IMG/VR virus record: IMGVR_UViG_3300008952_000290
Location: 1-24,426 of that record
Strand: one strand, 5' to 3'
DNA: 24,426 nucleotides
Source of the DNA: a virus
Taxonomy: Duplodnaviria; Caudoviricetes
This document shows, piece after piece, positions 1-5,974 of the stretch. Below the pieces are notes generated by a model. The model had not been told where the DNA came from. It did not search any database and was given only the letters and a program-made list of their open reading frames with translations. How positions within the stretch are numbered: position 1 is the first letter of the stretch; every line of letters begins with the position of its first letter. A program made the translations under genes and the position numbers.

Positions 1-141
1 ATGGCATGCGAGTACACGATCCGGTGTGTGCTCTGGGGCTGGGAGCGGCCCCGTATGCGTGCTCCGGTGTGGATCGCCGGCCTCGTGCTCCTAGTGCCGC
101 TCCACGCCGCCCCGGAGCTGCTAGAGCGTTTCGGGGGATAG
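1..141 (+). CDS. Small hypothetical protein, possibly truncated by the window start
   Basis: Frame 1 is open from base 1 (MACEYTIRCVLWGWERPRMRAPVWIAGLVLLVPLHAAPELLERFGG) to TAG 139-141, which ends exactly where repeat copy 1 begins. Confidence 0.3.
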   Translation: MACEYTIRCVLWGWERPRMRAPVWIAGLVLLVPLHAAPELLERFGG

Positions 142-250
142 CGCGAAAGTGCGCGGGTGATTGAAGATAAATCGCTAAAGTGCCGAATTCGGGGGAACTA
201 AGTAACCCTAGGGGGTTGCACTGTGAACCCATAGGGTATAGTCTCTATTC
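141..250 (+). repeat. Promoter-containing cassette repeat, copy 1
   Basis: 110 bp, colinear with 1312-1421. Invariant TAAATCGCTAAAGTGCCGAATTC at 168-190. TTGCAC(216-221)-17 nt-TAGTCT(239-244)-6 nt-ATG(251). Confidence 0.95.
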
Positions 251-454
251 ATGAGCAACGCAGCAAACACTTTCGGCATCCCATCAGACGCAAAATCAGC
301 CTGGAAGTCCGAGGGACTAACGACCGCTGATATGCGTGACACTCTCACCCGCTCCGGGTTAGAGCGCTTGGAGATTTGGCTCAATAACTCCAAGGCCGGC
401 GATTCCCTTAACCTGTCCGATGATGGCCTCCCCCTAGTGTTAGTGCGAGAGTGA
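251..454 (+). CDS. Small hypothetical protein (67 aa), cassette gene behind repeat 1
   Basis: ATG at the same offset in the repeat as in the other three copies. Confidence 0.8.
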   Translation: MSNAANTFGIPSDAKSAWKSEGLTTADMRDTLTRSGLERLEIWLNNSKAGDSLNLSDDGLPLVLVRE

Positions 455-471
455 CCTCGACCACTCAATCG

Positions 472-509
472 ACCCCGGCCGCGTACCTACCAGACGCGGC
501 TTTCGGGGT
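472..509 (+). promoter_or_regulatory. Intergenic stem-loop ending right before the ATG at 510
   Basis: GCCGCGT(478-484)/ACGCGGC(494-500) stem plus outer ACCCC(472-476)/GGGGT(505-509). No U-tract. Confidence 0.55.
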
Positions 510-701
510 ATGAGCCTCGCCAGCGACATCGACATCGACAGCACCAGCACCGAAACTCAAACCGACCACGGTACGCTAGTCGACTACCAGACCGGAGACG
601 ATATCCGCCCCGCTACCGTCAGCGAGCGCGAGGCCAGCGACGAGGCCGGACCCGAGGGCGTGATCATAGTGGGCGGCCGATCCTGCTATGTAGCCGACTA
701 G
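510..701 (+). CDS. Small acidic hypothetical protein (63 aa)
   Basis: D/E/T-rich ORF filling the gap between neighbouring + strand ORFs. Confidence 0.65.
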   Translation: MSLASDIDIDSTSTETQTDHGTLVDYQTGDDIRPATVSEREASDEAGPEGVIIVGGRSCYVAD

Positions 702-713
702 ACTAGGAAAAGC

Positions 714-1082
714 ATGAAGGACCGAGCAAGCCACCCCGTCCCCTGCACAAATCTCCGGCAGTACATGTCACACACCAGCGACACCAGTACAGATCTCGTC
801 ATCACCATCACCACAACAGTGACCGCTCATGCAGCCATGAATGGGGGGCGCATCTACACCGGCGTGCGGACGCCCGACGCGTGCGAACCGCCTGGTGGGT
901 TCCGCTGCGAGGACCCGCCCAGGTTTCTCGCGCTTTACGGGTGGTGGGACGCGGTCCCACACTGGGAGCGGGACATTTGCGCAGTGGGGCCCGACGTGTG
1001 CGAGTGCGGGTCACCGTGGAGCCTGGATCATGACTGCTACTGGATGCGCGGGGAGGCCCACACGGCGCGCATGTTGGGATGA
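714..1082 (+). CDS. Hypothetical Cys/Trp-rich protein, possibly metal-binding
   Basis: AGGA upstream of the ATG. C-terminal CECGS..HDC. Stop is followed by the C-rich tract plus hairpin repeat. Start could be the later ATG (MSHT). Confidence 0.6.
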   Translation: MKDRASHPVPCTNLRQYMSHTSDTSTDLVITITTTVTAHAAMNGGRIYTGVRTPDACEPPGGFRCEDPPRFLALYGWWDAVPHWERDICAVGPDVCECGSPWSLDHDCYWMRGEAHTARMLG

Positions 1083-1100
1083 CCCCCTCCGCCCCCCGCC

Positions 1101-1143
1101 AGGCCCGTAGCTCTCAAGAGCACGGGCCTCAGGCAGTGAGAGC
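1101..1143 (+). repeat. Hairpin repeat copy A with GGCAGTGAGAGC tail
   Basis: AGGCCCGTAGCTCTCAAGAGCACGGGCCT (1101-1129), near-identical to 1710-1738 and 2422-2450. Tail shared with copy C. Confidence 0.92.
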
Positions 1144-1148
1144 ATACT

Positions 1149-1331
1149 ATGGAAGCAAACGAGAGCACACTTAAAAGCCTGATACGGGCCCACAGTCGCG
1201 CGATAGACGAATTGGCCGGCCGCCACGGGGCAACCTGCGCCAGGGTCCGCGCGGTGATATCGCAGCATAACCGGGCAATAGCGCGGCTGTGCGAGGAGGC
1301 ATCAAGTGCTGGCGCGAAAGTGCGCGGTTGA
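1149..1331 (+). CDS. Small basic helical hypothetical protein (60 aa)
   Basis: ATG follows the GAGAG tail of hairpin A. Internal similarity IRAHSRAIDEL / ISQHNRAIARL. Stop lies inside repeat copy 2. Confidence 0.65.
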   Translation: MEANESTLKSLIRAHSRAIDELAGRHGATCARVRAVISQHNRAIARLCEEASSAGAKVRG

Positions 1332-1421
1332 TTGAAACTAAATCGCTAAAGTGCCGAATTCGTGCAAACTAAGTAACCCTGGGGGGTTGTATTGTGAACC
1401 CATAGGGTATAGTCTCTTTAT
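1312..1421 (+). repeat. Promoter-containing cassette repeat, copy 2
   Basis: Invariant 23-mer at 1339-1361. TTGTAT(1387-1392)-17-TAGTCT(1410-1415)-6-ATG(1422). Confidence 0.95.
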
Positions 1422-1688
1422 ATGGAAACGACGCAGCAAGCACGCACCGCAAAGACAACCCGCCTCGATGATGGTGAATACCTGGTGAGAGTCTCGGACG
1501 GCAGCGAGTGGCTGGTTGTTCGAGATGACGACTCGCGCGAGTGGCGCTTGTTTTACCCACACGATGATGACGGCTGCTGCGAGTACACCGCAGACAATGG
1601 CAGCGAGTGGCTGTGGGCACACAGTCTGTTTACGAAGAAGGATTGCGTTGCTACCGCGCTAAATGGTGGCGCCGTCGCCTGGGGCTAA
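1422..1688 (+). CDS. Small hypothetical protein (88 aa, METTQ start) with internal duplication
   Basis: Starts at the repeat-defined ATG. Motif GSEWL occurs twice. Confidence 0.85.
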   Translation: METTQQARTAKTTRLDDGEYLVRVSDGSEWLVVRDDDSREWRLFYPHDDDGCCEYTADNGSEWLWAHSLFTKKDCVATALNGGAVAWG

Positions 1689-1709
1689 CCCGCCCTCCGC
1701 CCCCACACC

Positions 1710-1738
1710 AGGCCCGTAGTTCTCAAGAGCACGGGCCT
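1710..1738 (+). repeat. Hairpin repeat copy B
   Basis: AGGCCCGTAGTTCTCAAGAGCACGGGCCT. One C>T change keeps a U-G pair. No GTGAGAGC tail and no gene directly downstream. Confidence 0.92.
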
Positions 1739-1757
1739 TGCTCGTAACCGCGCATCA

Positions 1758-1849
1758 GATTGAAACTAAATCGCTAAAGTGCCGAATTCAGCCAAACAAA
1801 GTAACCCTTGGGGGTTGTGTTGTGAACCCATAGGGTATAAGGTCTGTAT
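1758..1849 (+). repeat. Promoter-containing cassette repeat, copy 3
   Basis: Invariant 23-mer at 1767-1789. TTGTGT(1815-1820)-17-TAAGGT(1838-1843)-6-ATG(1850). Confidence 0.95.
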
Positions 1850-2089
1850 ATGGAAACGACGCAAACCGCCGCTAAGAATCTCAAAGTTGGGGATAGGTTC
1901 AAGCATCACCCTGGGTCAGCTGTAGATCTTGAGGTTGTCAGCGTCAGCCCCACGCGGAAGGCTAAAGGCAAGGGCGGAAGGTTCGCTCACCTAGTCCGGG
2001 TCCTGACGAAGGGGTGCCACGGTCTTGAGAGCTGGGAATTCTGGACCACAGACACCGTTCATGTGGTAGCGCTAAACCGCGCACCCTAA
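1850..2089 (+). CDS. Small hypothetical protein (79 aa, METTQ start), possible SH3-like beta-barrel
   Basis: AKNLKVGDRF...LEVVSV pattern is typical of small SH3-like folds (inference). Starts at the repeat-defined ATG. Confidence 0.85.
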   Translation: METTQTAAKNLKVGDRFKHHPGSAVDLEVVSVSPTRKAKGKGGRFAHLVRVLTKGCHGLESWEFWTTDTVHVVALNRAP

Positions 2090-2090
2090 G

Positions 2091-2179
2091 TGAAACTAAA
2101 TCGCTAAAGTGCCGAATTCGGTATAACTAAGTAACCCTTGGGGGTTGCACTGTTACCCGATAGGGTCTAATCTCTGTAT
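2091..2179 (+). repeat. Promoter-containing cassette repeat, copy 4
   Basis: Invariant 23-mer at 2097-2119. TTGCAC(2145-2150)-17-TAATCT(2168-2173)-6-ATG(2180). Confidence 0.95.
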
Positions 2180-2398
2180 ATGGAAACGACGCAGACCATT
2201 CCCACCATGAACGACCTTTTCAACAGCAAGGGGCGCACGATCACAGCGCCCACGGGGGAAGATCGAACTGTGATGTCTGTCCGTGATTGTTACGGCGCAT
2301 CGATCGAAATCACTCTCGACCGCCCACTGGCTGGCAATACAAGCCCACTCATGACGCTCGACGAAGCGTCTCGCTGGTTCACAAGGATCTCCGGATGA
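2180..2398 (+). CDS. Small hypothetical protein (72 aa, METTQ start)
   Basis: Starts at the repeat-defined ATG and is followed by hairpin repeat C. Confidence 0.85.
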   Translation: METTQTIPTMNDLFNSKGRTITAPTGEDRTVMSVRDCYGASIEITLDRPLAGNTSPLMTLDEASRWFTRISG

Positions 2399-2421
2399 GT
2401 CGAATCCTGCCCACCACCACC

Positions 2422-2464
2422 AGGCCCGTAGCTCTCAAGAGCACGGGCCATCGGCAGTGAGAGC
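2422..2464 (+). repeat. Hairpin repeat copy C with GGCAGTGAGAGC tail
   Basis: AGGCCCGTAGCTCTCAAGAGCACGGGCCA (2422-2450), then TCGGCAGTGAGAGC, ending 3 nt before ATG 2468. Confidence 0.92.
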
Positions 2465-2467
2465 CCC

Positions 2468-2683
2468 ATGATATACGCAGCACACCACATCCCAGGCAAT
2501 ATCGGCCGCCTGTGTATCGAGCGCGAGAAGACATGCGCGGACCTAGCCCGCGAGCTTGAGGTCTCGCGCGTTTTCGTCGGCAAAATCATGAACGGCGATA
2601 AGACCCCAAGCCTGGCTCGACTTCTGGAGATCGCGCGATGGTTCGGGGTGACACCGAATGAGCTGCTAGAGGCCTGCGAATGA
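2468..2683 (+). CDS. XRE/Cro-family helix-turn-helix transcriptional regulator
   Basis: NIGRL...TCADLARELEVSRVFVGKIMNGDKTPSLARLLEIARWFGVTPNELL matches the HTH_3/XRE pattern. Confidence 0.9.
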   Translation: MIYAAHHIPGNIGRLCIEREKTCADLARELEVSRVFVGKIMNGDKTPSLARLLEIARWFGVTPNELLEACE

Positions 2684-2904
2684 GCGCGCCCAAGCCAAGG
2701 CCGAGCGCGTGGGACATCCGGTGCGCCCATTGCTCAAACGTCGACATCAAGGTTGGCACCAATTCCATGTCCTACTGCCTGCGGTGCCGCCAGGGAACGT
2801 CAATGCTCAGGGCTAGGGCCATATGGGGCCACGAATGGGCTGCGGTCGCATGGATGGCGGCAGCGGTCGAGGTAGGCGACGAGCTGCTAGGGGCCTCGGA
2901 GTGA
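2680..2904 (+). CDS. Small zinc-ribbon-like protein
   Basis: ATGA overlap with the HTH gene. CAHC...CLRC cysteine pairs. Confidence 0.7.
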   Translation: MSAPKPRPSAWDIRCAHCSNVDIKVGTNSMSYCLRCRQGTSMLRARAIWGHEWAAVAWMAAAVEVGDELLGASE

Positions 2905-3062
2905 ATTACCGCAAGCCCCGCCCCGACTGCCCCCACTGCGAGGGCAGCGGGCGGATCGTCGTAGAGACATGCTCAGCGGCTGGCGAGGTATTCTCCACGC
3001 GCTACATCCGCTGCATTTGCACGGATTTCGTGTGCGTGGACAGCGCGAAGGATGCGCGCTAA
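2901..3062 (+). CDS. Small Cys-rich protein (53 aa, CxxCxGxG...CxC)
   Basis: GTGA overlap with the previous stop suggests a GTG start at 2901 within the listed 2823..3062 frame. Motifs CPHCEGSG and RCIC. Confidence 0.65.
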   Translation: MNYRKPRPDCPHCEGSGRIVVETCSAAGEVFSTRYIRCICTDFVCVDSAKDAR

Positions 3063-3084
3063 CATGATTGCGCAGGGGGCGCGA

Positions 3085-3546
3085 ATGTCAACGAGCAAGA
3101 ATGGGGCACCGGCCGGCTGTGGTTGGCAATCGAAGGGCGAAAGGGAGCGCATGCGGATCCTTAGGATCGTGAAGGGATGCGGCGAGCTGAACTGCACATG
3201 GAAGCGAACAGCGGCGCTCTTAGGCGTCGCTGAGGTCACCCTCATCAGATGGCGCAGAGACGATCCTGAGGGGAAGATCGAGACGGCATACGAGACGGGA
3301 AAGGCCGAAGCCGGCAGGGAAATCATGGGACTGATGATGGACCGGGCACGCGATGCCGAGGCGGCGGGGTCCAGCAGCGTGCTGATCCACCTGTCGAAGC
3401 ACCTATGCGATATGAGCGATCGCAGCACGCATAGCGTGGTGACACCCAGCGATCTAGCGGGCGGAGACGCGAGCACGGACGCCGCCAAGCGCAGCGCAGC
3501 CCTGCGAATCCTAGGGCTAGAGGCACTGGACGACGCTGCATCATGA
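3085..3546 (+). CDS. Probable terminase small subunit (N-terminal HTH)
   Basis: TAALLGVAEVTLIRWRRDDPE...AYETGKAEA...VLIHLSKHLCDMSD resembles HTH-type TerS. Start could be 3064. Confidence 0.6.
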   Translation: MSTSKNGAPAGCGWQSKGERERMRILRIVKGCGELNCTWKRTAALLGVAEVTLIRWRRDDPEGKIETAYETGKAEAGREIMGLMMDRARDAEAAGSSSVLIHLSKHLCDMSDRSTHSVVTPSDLAGGDASTDAAKRSAALRILGLEALDDAAS

Positions 3547-3881
3547 TAGGCTATGGCGTGGCACAGGATGAAATCGACTGGGCAGCCGTCAGGGATGCGC
3601 TAGAGGCACAGGCAGCAGATACGAGGCACCGCGAGCCAGTGCTCGCCAGGGCAGCCAGGGCAGACCCAGCTAGATTCGCGGCGCTATCAGCCGAGGCTAT
3701 CTTGCCCGCCAAGCGGGAGGCAGCGGCCAGGCGGGACAGGATGCGAGAGGCGGGCGAGAGGCGGGCGGGCGAGGCATCTGCGCGCCAGGCAGCCGCCGCA
3801 CAGAGATCCGCGGCAAATCTCACAGCAATGGTAGATCGAAGGCTGGCCGAGCTTGGGATAGTGCCGCCTGCGAAAATCTGA
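3543..3881 (+). CDS. Ala/Arg-rich helical hypothetical protein
   Basis: ATGA overlap with the upstream gene. 112 aa. Confidence 0.6.
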   Translation: MIGYGVAQDEIDWAAVRDALEAQAADTRHREPVLARAARADPARFAALSAEAILPAKREAAARRDRMREAGERRAGEASARQAAAAQRSAANLTAMVDRRLAELGIVPPAKI

Positions 3882-3916
3882 CGGGAATAATTGCGCGCGC
3901 GATCTGTTGCGCGCGC

Positions 3917-4039
3917 ATGGACCCGAATCAAGGCACTATCGCACAGATCGGCAAACTGCTACAGGCAGCAGGACAGGCGATCACTGGCCTGATCCTTGGC
4001 GGTGGCATCGTATATACGGTGTTGCTGCTGGCTTGCTAG
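3917..4039 (+). CDS. Small membrane protein (40 aa), not in the ORF track
   Basis: MDPNQGTIAQIGKLLQAAGQAITGLILGGGIVYTVLLLAC*. The hydrophobic C-terminal half could form one TM helix. Fills the 3882-4069 gap. Confidence 0.5.
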   Translation: MDPNQGTIAQIGKLLQAAGQAITGLILGGGIVYTVLLLAC

Positions 4040-4053
4040 GGCGCTTGCCGCGC

Positions 4054-4072
4054 GTGCTATGCTTGCGCCGTG
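4054..4072 (+). promoter_or_regulatory. Putative extended -10 leaderless promoter
   Basis: GTGC-TATGCT(4058-4063)-TGCGCC-GTG(4070). Near-identical to 18556-18574. Confidence 0.55.
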
Positions 4073-4438
4073 GCCATCACATACACTCAGGCAGGGATCG
4101 CCAGTGTGCCGATCGGGGGATTCTCAGATCTTGTCCGCACGGGTGAGATGTTCGATCGGGACTATGATCACCTGGATGAGAACGGGACGCCGCGCGATTT
4201 TACGGGGCTGTCTGTGGACAGCGCGATCGTGTTTGATCCGCTCGATCCTGCCGTGACGCTAGCGACGATCGCGGCATCATTCGGCGGCGATCCTACTCTC
4301 GGCGTGCTGAGCCTATCTGTGCCCGGCGGTGATATGCCGGCCGCCGGGCAGTACAGATACAGAGTGAGGGCCACGGACGGGATCAATTTGCGGACGATCC
4401 AGGACGGAAGATTCACGGTTGGGGATTCACCGGGGTAG
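4070..4438 (+). CDS. Virion-associated beta-sandwich protein (fibre adaptor-like)
   Basis: DENGTPRDFTG...LGVLSLSV...AGQYRYRVRATDG...TIQDGRFTV resembles Ig-like/BppU-N-like phage adaptors. Heads the fibre-like cluster. Confidence 0.6.
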   Translation: MAITYTQAGIASVPIGGFSDLVRTGEMFDRDYDHLDENGTPRDFTGLSVDSAIVFDPLDPAVTLATIAASFGGDPTLGVLSLSVPGGDMPAAGQYRYRVRATDGINLRTIQDGRFTVGDSPG

Positions 4439-4441
4439 CGC

Positions 4442-4804
4442 ATGGGGATCCCTGTAGTGATTAGCACGCGTTCTCCCAGGGCACGCGTGCGCGTGCAGAA
4501 CACGGTAGTCAAGAATATTGGAGGCACACAGGGGCCGCCCGGTTTACCCGCTAGCGCTGCAGTCCAGGCCGGCACGGTGTTACCCGCCGCCTTTACGGGC
4601 TCGCCTCTGACTGCTTCGATCGTGTTACCCGATCTCTACCCAGACGCTAACTACTCGATCGCAACCCAGATCACCACATCGAGCGGGCGAGTGGTCCTGG
4701 TAAACGCAACGAACTACACAGCCGCCGGGTTTGATCTTGAGCTGTGCTCGCAAAACCTAGACGGCATAGCTGAGATCCGCTGGCAAACGACGCCATTCAA
4801 CTAA
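4442..4804 (+). CDS. Short fibre-like protein (GPPG linker plus lectin-like C-terminal domain)
   Basis: GTQGPPGLP linker. The C-terminal domain is similar to the C-terminus of 4817..5974. Confidence 0.65.
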   Translation: MGIPVVISTRSPRARVRVQNTVVKNIGGTQGPPGLPASAAVQAGTVLPAAFTGSPLTASIVLPDLYPDANYSIATQITTSSGRVVLVNATNYTAAGFDLELCSQNLDGIAEIRWQTTPFN

Positions 4805-4816
4805 GGGAAATTTCCA

Positions 4817-5974
4817 ATGTCAATCGGAACCGAAACAATGTTTTACGATCAGCTAGCCGCTGATCCCGGCACGCCTGAGAACGGGCAACACTGGTACAAT
4901 TCAACGTCCGGAGTCTTCAAATATTATGACGGCACGACGATCCAGACGTTCTCGACCGCTGCCGATCTAGCGGCACACGTCGCCGCAACTAATCCACATA
5001 CAGTCACGCTCGAACAGGCGCGCACGGCCGGCAATACACTGGCCGGTGATGTCGACATGGGCGGCAATGGCCTTCTAAATGTGGCAGCCGCTTCCGTCAC
5101 AACCAGCGCGCCAAACCTGCAGCAGGTTCGAGATGAGATTACACAGGCGATCCAAAACGACGCATGGCACGATCCCGTACTTGACACGCTGAATACACCG
5201 CCAGGAGCTCCGGCGCTTGGCGATCGTTATCTAATCGACACTGCCCCGACTGGCGCATGGTCGGCCAATGCTGATTACATAACAGAATGGGATGGATCGG
5301 CTTGGGAGTTCTTCGGGGTTCCAGCAGCCGGCTGGATGACGTATGACGAGAGCGTTCCGCAATTCGTCATGTTCAACGGGGCCGCCTGGGTGGCGTTTGG
5401 CACCGCGGTTGATCACGGCTCGTTACTGGGCCTTACTGATGACGACCACACTCAGTATCTGCTAGTTAGCGGAACGCGGGCGATGGCTGGAGCCCTCGAC
5501 ATGGGCTCCAATAACGTAACTAACGGAGGCACCTTCAACGGCGTCACGGTCGAGGGGCACGCGGCGCGTCATGTAGCAGGCGGCGCAGACCAGATCGATG
5601 GTGACACCCTCCACATCGACTATTCTCCAACGAACTACACACCCAGCACGACGCCCCCACAGGTCACGGCATCTACCGAACTGACGGCACACCTCGCGGG
5701 GCTTGACGCTGCAGTATCAGGCGCGAGTGGCAAGGCAGGCTTGGCGGTGAATGTCGATTTCACGGGCACGCCGCTTGAGGCTAGCGTTACATTCAACACT
5801 GCGCAGCCGAGCGCTACCTATGTGGTGACGCTAGGGGTCACCAGTACGGGGCGAGGCTACACGCCTCGGGTCAGAAACAAGACCACGGGCGGATTCACGA
5901 TCCGCCTAGGATCAAATAACAAGACGCCTTTAGTCTCGGTAGACTGGGCAGTAAGCAATCCGGCGAACCCATAA
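4817..5974 (+). CDS. Fibre/receptor-binding-like protein with DUF2793-like segment
   Basis: NTPPGAPALGDRYLIDTAPTGAWS...WDGSAWEF..PAAGW resembles DUF2793. DHGSLLGLTDDDHTQYL is a fibre-type motif. G/T/A-rich. AAGGGA upstream. Confidence 0.7.
   Translation: MSIGTETMFYDQLAADPGTPENGQHWYNSTSGVFKYYDGTTIQTFSTAADLAAHVAATNPHTVTLEQARTAGNTLAGDVDMGGNGLLNVAAASVTTSAPNLQQVRDEITQAIQNDAWHDPVLDTLNTPPGAPALGDRYLIDTAPTGAWSANADYITEWDGSAWEFFGVPAAGWMTYDESVPQFVMFNGAAWVAFGTAVDHGSLLGLTDDDHTQYLLVSGTRAMAGALDMGSNNVTNGGTFNGVTVEGHAARHVAGGADQIDGDTLHIDYSPTNYTPSTTPPQVTASTELTAHLAGLDAAVSGASGKAGLAVNVDFTGTPLEASVTFNTAQPSATYVVTLGVTSTGRGYTPRVRNKTTGGFTIRLGSNNKTPLVSVDWAVSNPANP

Noticed and set aside
1101-1143. HDV-like or hammerhead ribozyme
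   Set aside because: Only 5 nt lie between the putative P2 and P1' strands, too few for P3/L3, and there is no CUGANGA/GAAA core.
7-1588. 11-bp match TGCGAGTACAC near base 7 and near 1578
   Set aside because: Short and isolated, with no extension. Compatible with chance.
141-2179. Repeats as a CRISPR array
   Set aside because: The repeats are ~90-110 bp, the spacers are 240-1060 bp, uneven and protein-coding, and there are no cas genes.
1101-2450. Hairpins as intrinsic terminators or real tRNA genes
   Set aside because: No U-tract on either strand, and no anticodon arm, T arm or CCA.
141-2464. Repeats as integron attC sites
   Set aside because: The hairpin is only 29 bp and lacks RYYYAAC/GTTRRRY ends. 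The AAC-N8-GTT in the long repeat is too short and does not fit GTTRRRY. No integrase in the window.
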